Assembly: GCA_951406725.2 (NCBI GenBank)
Contig: OX597819.1
Coordinates: 108,934,001-108,998,000 of the forward strand
Reading direction: 5' to 3'
Source of the DNA: Octopus vulgaris
Taxonomy: Eukaryota
Length of the DNA: 64,000 bases
Numbering within the stretch: position 1 is the stretch's first letter; each line of letters begins with the position of its first letter. The notes under the pieces were generated by a model that was given only the letters and a program-made list of their open reading frames with translations, was not told where the DNA came from and did not search any database. Shown piece after piece: positions 1-14,596 of the stretch. A program made the translations under genes and the position numbers.

Positions 1-239
1 GACGTATAATTCTATTCAATACCTTCTGTGAGCGGTGTTATCAAAGCTATGTGTGTGCTTGTGCATGTGTGTGTGTGCGTGTGTGTGTATGTGTGTGCGC
101 GTGTGTGTGCACGTATGTGTGTGGGTGTTCTTTTATTCTTTTACATGCATCAGTCATTTGACTGCGGCCATGCTGGACAGATCAGAGATTTCTCAAGTTA
201 CACGCTGGCTGTTAGAGTGGGAATACCGTCCAGGTGTGT

Positions 240-513
240 GTTTTTGGTTATTGTAATTTGAGAAACGCTGTTATCCAGAAAAAGAAACCTAATCTTAAGC
301 ATTGAAAAGTTGATTGTGTCTGAGTGTCGAAGAAAGATATTGTTTTACTGGCGTGGTTGTGTTGTAAGAGGCTTGCTTCCCAACCACATTGTTTCGGGTT
401 CAGCCTCACTGCGTGGCACCTTGGACAAGTGTCTTTTACAGTAGCTTCGGGTCGATCACTGTCTTGCGACTGGAATGGGTAAACCGAAACTGAAAGAAGC
501 CCGTTATATGTAT

Positions 514-560
<47 letters not shown>

Positions 561-2130
561 ACACCACCACCACCACCACCACCACTTGACAACCGGTGTT
601 GGTGTGTTTATGTCCATGCAACTTAACAGTTCAGCAAACTGTTCAGACCGACAGAATAAGAACCATCTTAAGAAACAAGCACTATGGTCGATTCGTTCGG
701 CTAAAACTCTTCAATGTGGTGCCCCAGCATGACCACTGTCTGATGACTGAAACAAGTAAATGATAAAAGATAAAAGATGAAAGATAAAAGATGAAGAGCA
801 TTCCTGGTTATAATAACTAACGCACTTAGGTTGCATGGTGGATTATACAAGGATGCCGTTCTCTTAGTTTTTCAACTGTATGTGAGGAGTGATAAGGTAC
901 TCCTTGAATACTAGTTACTTTGTAAAACCACTTCTAGCTAGCTCATCGTTATGATAGAGAGAAAACTTGTTAAAGACATCTCTGTCGGAGGATAGATCAA
1001 ATACTCTTCTGCTTATTCAGCTACAAAATTTCTGATTATGGCAGAGATAGCAGGAGTTTGTGTGCGAGTTGATGATGTCTTCGTTTGACATTTTCTGGGA
1101 TTAACATTTACCTGTCTTCAAAATGTAGTATGATGTCTAAGAAGTTAAGCACCTTTAAGTTTGGTACTGATTATTATGTTTAAATCAAGCTCTGAATATT
1201 CTTATTCAGCCCTTTCTAAATCTACACAGAGCAGGTCTATCCATTGGTATATAAGATCGCTAAGTCATCATCTCGTATATTTCAGAATTATGTAGTGTCG
1301 TGCGCTTTCTAAGAGTGTTAAGAATGAATAATCCCCTGAGGTTTGGCTATCTGAGCTCTATCGAAACCCTTCATAAGTGGTCAAACAAAAGATTACTCTC
1401 TTTTTCAACCCAGTTGGAATCGTTTTGACATTATACAAACAGAGTATAGTATTCACTATTGTCCGGCTGTCTAGAACTTTAATTGTGGGAAACTGGATCT
1501 TCTCTCCTTGTAATTGCAAAAAATCTTCAACCACGCAACTAAGAGGATCTTATCTTTCTACAGCTGTAGTAAAATATAGAGCATCGATAACATCTACACT
1601 TGGTATAGGAAGGAATAATACGGGACTCCCTACAAACATATTAAAAAATTGTGTTACCCGCATCTACATGCATTCAGGTCAAGAAATAGTAAAACATTCG
1701 ACACTTTTGTATAATCCATCTGGAAACTCAAGCCATGGTTTAGAAAGTAGTCAAATAACATAGAGCATCGTCGACAAATTCATACAAGTTCTCCTGTGTT
1801 AAATCAGCTTGTGGCATTAGTTAACCAGATGCTCAAAATATTATCCAGTTGCCGTCATCCAGGAAGAAATTCATTTTCGCTAGCTTCCAAATTTATAAAG
1901 GTTCATACCCAATCAGTTCAAACTGATAACTCACTGATTCAAAAGCATTCCGGATTAGCTATCCTTTGTCAGTGGTCAGGACTGGATGTTTTCCCTTACA
2001 CCATAGCAGTCCATTTTTGTCTGTCACTTATTCAATCACGTAACTCCCTCATCCGACCAATTAGAATTAGCTTGTTTGCTGTCTTACAAACATGCAGCTT
2101 CAGACATTCTCTAAGTGTTACCTGATCGAT
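240..2130 (-). mobile_element. Degraded Penelope-like retroelement (RT region), interrupted by a SINE
   Basis: Minus-strand fragments, across stops and frameshifts, read WVEKESNLF..MKGFDRAQIA (cf. WVKK..FDVTMGSFDGAE), RDDDL-like, VLNFLDIIL, SRRVFDLSSDRDVFNKFSLYHNDELARSGF and YNPPCNL (cf. IIWFNPPYS), in the order expected for PLE RTs. Boundaries are approximate. Confidence 0.6.
345..795 (+). mobile_element. SINE family A (tRNA-like head, internal microsatellite, tail CAGCATGGCCGCAGTCAAATGACTGAAACAAGTAAAAGA)
   Basis: Colinear with many other copies in the window. Confidence 0.9.
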
Positions 2131-2224
2131 CATGCACGAAACTCTGAGTAGTAATGGAATGAATTATAAACTGATTCTTAATATTTATAAATTTTCCACT
2201 GTGTATTGAGTATACTTTTTCATT

Positions 2225-2256
<32 letters not shown>

Positions 2257-2510
2257 GTATATATATATCTTCTTTTATTTGTTTCAGTCATTTGACTGCG
2301 GTCATGCTGGAGTGCTGCCTAGAAGGGTTTTAGTCGATCAAATCAACTCTAGGACTTATTTTTTCAAGCCTTGTACTTATTCTGTCAGGCTCTTTTGTTA
2401 AACCGCTGAGTTACGGGGACATAAACACACCAACATCGGTTGTCAAGACACAAAGACACAGATACATAGATATATACATATATGTATGTGTGTATACATA
2501 CATACATACA

Positions 2511-4184
<1,674 letters not shown>

Positions 4185-4872
4185 ACACACACACACAAGC
4201 ACACACATATATGCATGTATGTATGTACGACAGGCTTCTTTCAGTTTCTGTCTACCAAATCCCCTCACAAGGCTTTGGTCAGCCTAACGCTATAGCAGAA
4301 GACACTTGCCCAAGATGCCACGCAGTGGGACTGAACCCGGAACCATGAGGTTGAGAAGCAAGCTCCCCACCACAGAGCCATATATAACCACCAATACAAC
4401 TGATGATGTGAACATGATCTCCACCCATGGAACATCGTGTGATATGCAGCAGTTAAGTTAAGTTAAGTTAAGTTGTTATTAAATACTTAAAACTGCAAAT
4501 TACTTGCTTTCATTTGCTTACTAATTACCTAGTATACATAGCCTTTATTTTCTTCTTAAAACGTGACCAGATGTCATACTTTCGTTTCCTCAGAGAAGTC
4601 TTCTCTGGAGCAACGAGAGTTGTCCCATATCTAAACATCTAGCTATATTGTAAGAAGTCAATAAACACAGAGTATCCTTATTCTGCTTGTATCATTTCTT
4701 TTGTATTGCAGATCACAGTGATCATTTGACCGATACGTATTTGCCTGCTTGTTTGCCTGTCTGCCTCTTTGCCTGTCTATCTGTCTGTCTCTAGATAAAT
4801 AGATAGACAGATGTGTCTGTGTATGTGTGCATTTGTAATTATATATACATACATATGTATGCAAGTATGCAA

Positions 4873-5010
4873 GTATGTATGTATGTATGTATGTATGTAT
4901 GTATGTATGTATGTATGTATGTATGTATGTATGTATGTATTATGTATGTATTATGTATGTATGTATGTATGTATGTATGTATGTATGTATGTATGCATGT
5001 ATGTATGTAT
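4873..5010. repeat. (GTAT)n microsatellite
   Basis: Seen directly; many more such tracts occur across the window. Confidence 0.95.
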
Positions 5011-5226
5011 ATGTGTGTGTGTACACATACGTTAACGCGATTAAAATTCAAGCCAAAACCTATGTAGTTTAATTGCATTTAAACATACCTATATATTTAC
5101 ACACGTGCGCGCGCACACACACACACACATATCTATATATGCAATATATCTCTGTATATGTACACATATATATGTGTGAATATATGTGCATATCAGTTGG
5201 CAGGTAGGTAAGTAGGTACGTAGGTA

Positions 5227-5228
5227 GG

Positions 5229-5321
<93 letters not shown>
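5227..5321. repeat. (GATA)n microsatellite
   Basis: Seen directly. Confidence 0.97.
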
Positions 5322-5574
5322 GTGGTACTGGTAATAGGCAAGACAGATTTATGATGTTGGTGGGAATTAAAAGAGTGATGATTGAGATTGTTAGTGGAGG
5401 TGGTTGGTTGTGGTGGTGGTGGTGGTAGTAGTTGTGGTAACAATATATGACCCAATAGACCCTGAGAAGGAGGAAGTGACGATGGAAAAGGTAGAGATGA
5501 GGGGGGAAGAGGTTAGCAAGTGACCTTAAGCAGTTGACATTTCTCTAGATTGATGCTGAATAGAACATCACTAG

Positions 5575-6294
5575 CAATCACCACCACCACCACCTCCACC
5601 ACCACCAACAACAACAACAACACCACCGCCACCACCACCAACAACACCACCACTGCTACCATCACAAGCCCCATCACCACTAACACTATTACTACCACCA
5701 CCACTACCACCATCATCACTACCACCACCATCGTCTGTGTCATCATCACCACCACATCCAACATCACCACCATAACCAAAGCCTACACCACCACCAACAA
5801 CACCAATACCAACACCGTTACCACCACTACCATCATCCTCACCGACAGCAACACTATTGCCATCAACACCACCACCTCCACCATCACCGTCCTCACCACC
5901 ACCACAACCACCACCATCACTGCTGCCATCACCTCCACCAGTTCCACCACTGTAGACATCCAGTTGACATTTTGCTATAGATGACTGATCAATGTTTGGT
6001 CAGTTGTGAATAATATTATGTAGAAGTAGAGGTGGTGGTGGTAGTGGTGGTTGTGGTCGTGTGGGTGTAGTTGTGCTTGTAGGGTGGTAGGTAGTGACAT
6101 TGGTAGAAACAGAAGTGATAATAGTAAAGGTGATTATGATTGTGATGATACTGGTGGGGAGGGCAGTGTGGTAGCGTAGGGGTGGTGGTGGTGTGATGAG
6201 GGTGTGTGGTGAGTGGTATGGTGGTGTGGTACCTGTGAAGGTGTGGTGCAGGTAGCTGAGTAGCTTGCTACAGCCGGTGATGGTAGTGGTTGTT

Positions 6295-6326
<32 letters not shown>

Positions 6327-6490
6327 GGTGGTGCTGTTGCTGCTGCTGCTGCTGGTGATGGTGGTGGTGGTGGTGATGGTGGTAGCAGTGTTGGTGGTGG
6401 TAGTGTTGGTAGTGGTAGTGGTTGTGGTGGTGGTGGTGGTGGCAGCGGTGGCGGCTGTGGTGGTGGTGGTGGTGCTGGTGCTGGTTGAAG
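5575..6490. repeat. Degenerate (ACC)n tract (5575-5950) followed by degenerate (GGT)n tract (6030-6490)
   Basis: Low-complexity trinucleotide tracts; source of the poly-T, poly-V and poly-P ORFs. Confidence 0.9.
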
Positions 6491-7019
6491 CAAGATACAC
6501 TTCTATTGGCCAGATCACCTTTTCAAAACCAATAACAATCCCATCACCAATTGACTATTCAGAAGGAAGCGGTGTGTGTATTAGTGCTCTGGGAGAAGTA
6601 GAAAGAGATTGATGTTTTAAATGATAGTATTCATAATGTAACAGAAATATAAACTATCATTGATCCAACTCATGACACACCTGCATACACAAGCCAACAA
6701 AGTCACCCAATCTGCTTGAAACTGTCCAATATGTATGGCAGATCTATATGTAAAAAGCATTCTAAGCATAAAAATCTCATCTATTTTCTGACAATGTGTA
6801 TCTCAAAGTACATTATCTAATGTATCCTTTTTGCAAATCAATAGTGTATGATGTAAGAGAGATCTGACTACTATTTTTAGCAGATTGCATGACAACATAG
6901 AATAGTGGTTTTCAATAGTTTTGACTTTGTGGAATGCTGGAAATCGAAAATGAAATTTCTTGAGCACTTTATTTTCAAAGTTTAAAACTTTAACATAAAA
7001 ATATGACCCCTCTATGGAG

Positions 7020-7244
7020 GAATCTTGCCTTGCAAGTTATTTGATGATCTTGCAGTGTTGATACCATATAAAAAGCACCTAGTACACTCTGGACAGTGGT
7101 TGGAAGGATGGACATATAGCCAAAGCTGTATATCCTTCTCAAAAGCCAAGGCAAGCAATAAAGCTTGGAGCAGTCCTCAGGCTTGCCAGCTCTTGTCAAA
7201 CTGTTGAACCCAGACTATCTTAGGAGGCAGACATTAAATGAGGA

Positions 7245-7247
<3 letters not shown>
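7020..7247 (+). mobile_element. Diverged RTE-type LINE 3' end
   Basis: Resembles 60198-60372 and the tail of 16735-17520; ends in GATGAT. Confidence 0.6.
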
Positions 7248-7302
<55 letters not shown>

Positions 7303-7303
7303 T

Positions 7304-8221
7304 CTAGCTGACATACCCAGTAATTTCCTGGAAAGCTGGGCTTATCCCTTGGTTCCATTCTCATAATTGTTTTGCTAATCCAATAACAACAATACAAAGT
7401 ATGTAGCCCTTTTTGTGCATTTACAGAGAATACCAAACTGTCTTATGCAGAATCTTGTTTTTTGGAATTCCCAATAAGTTATGAATACTCAAATTGTGAA
7501 GTCAGTTATGAAATTATAAAATGATAAAATTATAAAATTAGTGACCCAATAGTAAGAATTCAAATAAAGTAGCCCCGGAAAGGGCTTTAATGTTTTCCCA
7601 GAGTATATAGAACTTAGGAGGAAATACTAATAAAATACTAAAATCGTGAAGCATGTTACGTAATAACAGGCTAATCAGATATGTGATAATAATACTTCAA
7701 AGAAAATAACTCTGAAAAGGGATTTTGTACACTCCCAGAGAATATTACCCTCAGCTGTGCTAGTGTTGGTATATTCGTGAATAAGTCACTAACCAAAATA
7801 AGTGGATCTATTGTTTAGGAAAATACTATTTACTTGTTTAAGGGTTGTACTGGATAAATAGCAAAAATACTAAGAAATAGTTCAAATACTAAGAAATAAG
7901 CATACTCAATTTGATTTATACCAAATAATTTAGGAAAATGAATAAATTATTTCCCTTGGCTGTTAAAATCTGGGCGAATGGGTTAGCTACCTTGATTGGT
8001 AAAATGAAATATATTAGATATATATATTTAAGGATCCCTTCCAGGGGCCCTATTACTGACCTTTTTTCAACAATCTGAGTAAACCATGAGGTTTTCAAAC
8101 ATGAGTTCTACTCACGTGTCAAGTTTCATCAAAATCATTAAAACGATGTAGGAGGAGTTAAATAACAACTCCACAAACACACCCACAGACAGAATTTCCC
8201 ACATATGTGGTATATATAAAG
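7304..8221 (-). mobile_element. Non-autonomous Helitron-like element H2
   Basis: CTAG at 7304-7307 with nearby hairpin CCAG-taatttc-CTGG; far end has AAGTTTCATCAAAATC..ACAGACAGA..TATATATA, typical of Helitron 5' ends read in reverse. Confidence 0.6.
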
Positions 8222-8604
8222 CTTTGATTTATATTTTTAAAAATCCATGATAGACTTAATCACCATTGAGGTGATCTGTTTAAGAACCACTAACATACAT
8301 GCGCTTTCCTTGGTTTCTTCTAAAATGGAAAGTTGTCTACCTATGTTTCAGTGATAAATTTTTACAATTTATCCCTGACTTTATTATCCAACATAACCTG
8401 TCCTTTTTCAAGATAGTAAGGCATGATTTGATGCATTTTTTGCTGCTATTTTTGGTAAGTGGAGACCTCAATGGTTCAAGTATCCTTTGTCTTTAAAAAG
8501 GGTTCTGTACGACCTATCAAAGAAGCCTCTTTGTAGCTCCTTTTCCTGCTCTATATAACAATGAAACCTTTCTCTATAAATTCTCAGCAGTATTTAACGC
8601 CTTT

Positions 8605-8837
8605 AAGGCGGTGAGCAGGCAGAATCGTTAGCCCGTTGGGCGAAATGCATAGCTATATTTCGTCTGCTGTTACGTTCTGAGTTCAAATTCCACCGAGGTC
8701 GACTTTGCCTTTCATCCTTTCGGGGTTGATAAATTAAATACCAGTTACACACTGGGGTCGATGTAATCGACTTAATCCATTTGTCTGTCCTTGTTTGTCC
8801 TCTCTGTGTTTTGCCCCTTGTGGGTAGTAAAGAAATA
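8605..8837 (+). mobile_element. SINE family B with 16-bp TSD
   Basis: AAGGCGGTGAGCAGGCAGAATCGTTAGC..GAGTTCAAATTCC (B box); flanked by AGTATTTAAC(G/T)CCTTT at 8589-8604 and 8838-8853. Confidence 0.9.
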
Positions 8838-8842
8838 AGTAT

Positions 8843-9039
8843 TTAACTCCTTTCTTATCATATTTTTGTTGAAATATGCTGTTTTGTTTCAATTAATTTT
8901 GGACAAAATAACTGTCGTCATCAAGCTAGTGTTTGAAACCTAAATTAAAATGAAATTTTCATGGCAAGTTCTCATTTGGATCTTTTAAAACAAGAAGTTT
9001 GCTTCATAGAACTAGTTATATTGGTATGAAAAGCATTAA
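8843..9039 (-). mobile_element. piggyBac-like (TTAA) MITE, uninterrupted copy
   Basis: TTAA at both ends; reverse complement aligns to 63094-63155 plus 63420-63575. Confidence 0.6.
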
Positions 9040-9313
9040 ATTAAGGACCAAATACTTTAAGTCCTGAACAGTGAATCTCTATGAAAAATATCTACTGATT
9101 ATTTTTCACTAACCAATCACATATTTCCTGGTTGTTGTTGTAGTTCGCCTGATGAACTTAGTTTCAATAAACCTATGATTAAAAATATTCCCGCCATGAC
9201 CACCCCAAATTTTAAGGTGTATTTAGGCACTGTGTTATCTGCTGTGTCCCTTCTTGCTTGTGACAATGGGATGGTTTTGTGTGAAATCTGAGAGATACTT
9301 CTACATCAGCTGT

Positions 9314-9349
9314 AATAACAACAACAACAACAATTGTAGCAGCAGCAGC

Positions 9350-9383
<34 letters not shown>

Positions 9384-9450
9384 GCAACAACTACTACTAC
9401 TACTACTACTGCTACAGCTACAACTACTACTACTGCTGCTGCTGCTGCTG

Positions 9451-9522
<72 letters not shown>

Positions 9523-9530
9523 TTACTACA
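9314..9530. repeat. Compound trinucleotide microsatellite (CAA/CAG/CTA/CTG)
   Basis: Seen directly. Confidence 0.95.
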
Positions 9531-10121
9531 CTAACAGAAGAAGCAATACCACATAAAAACACTGCCAGCATGAACATCTATCTTACACATGCACATACAC
9601 AGTACATACTTATTATTCTTGCAAACTACACTACACACTCACACACATACACACGCACACACACACACATACATACTATATCTTTACTATTCATGTACAC
9701 TACACTACACTGACTCACACACACATACACACATGCACTCAAATACATACATACATTGATACATACACACACATGCATACATACATGCATGTACACACAT
9801 ACATGTGTACACGCTCACACTGCGTATGTTATGCATAAACAATGCATACACACCCATACAACATCACACGCAATGTTACATGCATACATCACAAGTACAG
9901 CACACTTGATAACGGTCATCCATCAAATATGAAGATGGCTGTCTTCTCCTTCATGTCTGGATCCTTTCATTACTTCAACATCTCGATTCTTGATACCCAG
10001 GTTTGGTCACAGACAGAACATACAAATAATTGGTTGGTAAAAGCTAGGCATTACATCTCAGCCCCTCACCTCTTTTCTCACTCCTTTTGTCATTGCTGAG
10101 TGAGATTCTCCTCCTTCTTTT

Positions 10122-10535
10122 CCTTTACTGTTCGCTTGTTTCACTCATTGGACTGTGGCCATGCTGGAGCACTACCTTGAAGGGTTTCATCAAACAGACT
10201 AACTCCAGTACTTATTTTAAAAATCTGGCTCTTGCCCTATTGTTCCTTTTTTTGCTGAACAGCTGAGTTACGGGTAATGTAAACAAACCAACACTGGTCA
10301 TCAAATAGAGGTGAGGAACAAACATAAGCATTAACACTCACACACACACACATAAACATTTACATAGATTTATATGTATATGATGGGATTCAACACAGTT
10401 TCCATCTGCCAAATTTACTCGCAAGACATAGTTCTCAAGCTATCATAGAAGACACTTATCTAAATTATTATGCAGTGGGATTGAACCTGAAACTTTGCAG
10501 TTGAGAGCCAAGCTTCTTAGCCACACAGTGCCTGT
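10122..10535 (-). mobile_element. SINE family A, diverged
   Basis: Full head-to-tail colinearity with other copies. Confidence 0.8.
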
Positions 10536-10544
10536 GCTCATGTT

Positions 10545-10719
10545 TCCATGTTTCCAAAATGCTTCCAACTGTGAGACCACTGAAACAAATGGTCGATAAT
10601 CATGTCTCCCATCTTTGAAGGGCTGCTTTTTTTTCAAAATAATTTTCAGTTGGTCTTTGAGCCACTTCTTTTGTCCTCCAACCAAGCACTGACTATAGAG
10701 CAGCTGGCCAAAGTGGTTC

Positions 10720-10720
<1 letters not shown>
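10545..10720 (-). mobile_element. RTE-clade LINE C-terminal fragment
   Basis: QLLYSQCLVGGQKKWLKDQLK matches the RTE C-terminal pattern QLLYSxL..GGQKKRFKD. Confidence 0.65.
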
Positions 10721-10753
<33 letters not shown>

Positions 10754-10829
10754 ATATACACACACATACCTATACGCACGTGCACACACACACACACACA
10801 CACGTGCTCAGACCTATGGATTCAGCTAG

Positions 10830-11030
10830 TAAGGGAGCCTCTGTCTGATCTCTCAGTCTCTGCTAAAAATAGTAATCAAATCTCCCTCAATTCATATCCT
10901 ATCATTTTGAATAAGGAAAAAATACATTGGATAATGTAGTCTTTGATAACATTAAAATGATAGGGTTGTCACGGTTGAAATGTCTTTTATCATTCAATCA
11001 ATGCTACCTACACAGGGCTAAACAGTAACA
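10830..11030 (+). mobile_element. Old dispersed ~200-bp repeat, family E (GCTAGAAATAGCAGCCAAATCTCCCTC..GCTAAACAACAAC)
   Basis: Representative copy. Others near 12470-12645, 37610-37820, 39370-39830, 41650-41800, 45520-45730, 56150-56500 (+) and 6700-6900, 9130-9260, 50370-50660, 54030-54195, 59095-59310 (-). Confidence 0.75.
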
Positions 11031-11356
11031 ATGACCTACAGACAGTCTTTGTCCTAAACAATATCACATACATAAACTATATCATGTCACGTAACATACA
11101 TAGCCCGCATTACATACTACATACACACATAACCACACATACACCAACTCACACACATATTATATGTATAATGACACACCACACACAGCTTATGAAGCAT
11201 AGACACCATACATAAAGCATGAATACGCAATTATATTCATACATGATGAATATACAGAGACATTCACATATAAAACAGGATCTGATATAACTATACTTAC
11301 ATAAGCACACACAGACATTTAACATCTTGCACACACACACCCATACACAAAGAATG

Positions 11357-11527
11357 TAGGCGCAGGAGTGGCTGTGTGGTAAGTAGCTTGCTTACCAACC
11401 ACATGGTTCTAGGTTCAGTCCCACTGCATGGCACCTTGGGCAAGTGTCTTCTACTATAGCCTCAGGCCGACCAAAGCCTTGTGAGTGGATTTGGTACAGA
11501 AACTGAAAGAAGCCCATCGTATGCATG

Positions 11528-11561
<34 letters not shown>

Positions 11562-11812
11562 TGTATGTATTTATGTATGTATATATATGTATGTATGTAT
11601 GTGTGTGTATGTTTGTGTGTCTGTGTTTGTCCCCCAACATCACTTGACAACCGATGCTGGTGTGTTTACATCCCCATAACTTAGCAGTTTGGCAAAAGAG
11701 ACTGATAGAATAAGTACTAGGCTTACAAAGAATAAGTTCATTTCTTTGACTAAAAGGTGGTGCTCCAGCATGGCCACAGTCAAATGATTGAAACAAGTAA
11801 AAGAGTAAAAGA
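11357..11812 (+). mobile_element. SINE family A
   Basis: Full length, from AGGCGCAGGAGTGGCTGTGTGGTAAG to the (GTAAAAGA)n tail. Confidence 0.93.
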
Positions 11813-11941
11813 GCATCTCTCATATACATACAGGAAGTACATCACAGACACACTCACACACTTCCTTCACACATATACATATAACAAGGACATTACACAA
11901 GCATGCAAAAAATCATCATAAACACGTATGTAAAAGAACAT

Positions 11942-12007
<66 letters not shown>

Positions 12008-12010
<3 letters not shown>

Positions 12011-12325
12011 TAAAATATTAGGGAATAAATCCAAACTTACAGGGAAAAATCAGATTTAGGATTGAATCCAATTTTATAGTAAAATATTATATTATATTAA
12101 ATTAGAGATTAAACCACTATTAGGCAAATCATACAATGAAAAGCTTAAGCCAATACATAAGATTAATTAATTTATATTATTTTAAATATATATCAAAATT
12201 ATTAAAATTAATTATCTTTTTTTAATAATTTTGATATATATTTAAAATAATATAAATTAAATAATCTTATGTATTGGCTTAAGTTTTTCATTGTATGATT
12301 TGCCTAATAGTGGTTTAATCTCTAA

Positions 12326-12334
<9 letters not shown>
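12008..12334. mobile_element. AT-rich element embedded in (TA)n with ~115-bp fold-back
   Basis: 12093-12207 is the near-perfect reverse complement of 12220-12334; a second copy of the long arm lies at about 47750-47940. Confidence 0.8.
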
Positions 12335-12372
<38 letters not shown>

Positions 12373-13597
12373 ACACACACATATATATATATGCACACAC
12401 ACTCACACACATGCAAACACACATATAATTGATGATACACATACAAATACTACATTACGTACATAGACCCAATGAGGGATTCCTTGTTCTGCTAGAAATA
12501 GCAGACAAATCTCCCTTAGTCGACATGCAGCAGTCCTAGACCACAAAAGGATGAATTAAATAATGCAGTTAAGATACACTTGAAACAAGGAGACAGTCAC
12601 ATTTAGAATGCTTCTCATCATGAGTTTCCTAGGGCTAAACAACATCACACAAAATGTATGTTATACACATACAGATGTAGATGGAACATTATATGCACTC
12701 TCATAGGACCCTCACACACGCCCATAAACACATTCAAACAAACAATAACATACTTGTACACATATACATATATAGATTTAATATGATACAAATAAACAAC
12801 ATGCAGAGAGAACCTTCACATGCACATACATACATGCACATGTTAAGTCTCTCTCTCTCTCACACACACATACACACACACACACACACACGCATATGCA
12901 CATGTTGCATAACACACATACACATGTTAAATGACTTTCACATATACTGTACACATATATTGGCCAATTATAATGAACACATACCCACATGCGCATACAT
13001 GTACACACAAGTGCATACATACACCCACACATCTGCACACATACACCCACACACATCTACATATACACACAGGTACATAGATGCCTAAATACATTATATT
13101 GCAAACATATGCACACATGCATATTCATGCATACATAGATATATTATATCGCACACAGATGCACACAGACGCATACGTATTACATCAGATATGCACATAA
13201 ACATACACATGTATATCACACACACTGACATACATACGTTCACATATGATACATCACTTATGCACACACACACACACATTCATGCAAACTGTATGTAGAT
13301 GTCAGGCAGCAATCATTCCGTTGAGTTGTCTGTGTTATTTTCTGTGGGAATTTTATCACAGACCGACATGGCAAATTTTTGGTAAGTGTCTTTGTCTATG
13401 TGTGTGTATATACACATAGCACATTTACATACATATCATGCATATATTCATACACAAGGACACACACACACACATCATTAATATATATGTACACACATAC
13501 ATGTGCACACATATATACATACACAAACAAATGCATATATATATACATACAATTTTTGCTTACATACACATGTGGACGTATATGTGTATATAAATAA

Positions 13598-13666
<69 letters not shown>

Positions 13667-14139
13667 TACGTGTGTGTATGCACAAGCACATGCACATACA
13701 CACATGCACAAACATGTATATTTGCATGAATGCATCTGTATGTGTATGTATATGTATCTATTGATGTGTGGGTGTATATATATATATAGACACATATATA
13801 TATATACATGCATACACATGTATGTGCATATGTATGTGTGTGTACATATACACACACACATATATGTATGTATGTGTATATGTATATATATATATATCTA
13901 CATGCACATGCATACGCACACACAAACTCACACACACACACATACACGTATGCATGTGCGTGTGCGCACAGACACACACACACACACTTATGCATACATA
14001 CATATTACAGAGGTAAATACCAGGCTGGTGTCTGGCACAAGATAACTCACTTCATGGGCAGATGATTGCTGTTTAGTTTGGCTGGCAAAGTATTTAAGAA
14101 ATGAAAAACTCTTAAAAGAAAACCACATTTTATATATAC

Positions 14140-14552
14140 GTAGGCGTAGGAGTGGCTGTGTGGTAAGTAGCTTGCTTACCAACCACATGGTTCTGGGTTC
14201 AGTCTCACTGCGTGGCACCTTGGGCAAGGGTCTTATTCTCTAGCCTCGGGCTGACCAAAGCCTTGTGAGTGGATTTGGTAGACAGAAACTGAAAGAAGCC
14301 CGTTGTATATATTTATATATGTATATATATATGTGTATATGTTTGTGTGTCTGTGTTTGTCCCCCATACATCACTTGACAACCGATGGTGGTGTATTTAC
14401 GTCTGCGTAACTTAGCGGTTCAGCAAAAGAGATCGATAGAATAAATACTAGGCTTACAAAGAATAAATCTTGGGGTCGATTTGCTCGACTAAAGGCGATG
14501 CTCCAGCATGGCCGCAGTCAAATGACTGAAACAAGTAAAAGAGTAAAGAGAG
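14140..14552 (+). mobile_element. SINE family A
   Basis: Full length. Confidence 0.93.
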
Positions 14553-14554
14553 TA

Positions 14555-14596
<42 letters not shown>

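Noticed and set aside
5531-5972. 12-bp direct repeat CAGTTGACATTT flanking the (ACC)n tract as a TSD
   Set aside because: The enclosed sequence has no element features; may be chance or an old local duplication.
14505-14545. Hammerhead in the SINE A tail (AGTC-aaat-GACT-GAAAC-AA-GTA)
   Set aside because: Resembles the 3' half only; no CUGANGA precedes the stem. More likely an ordinary LINE-type 3' stem-loop.
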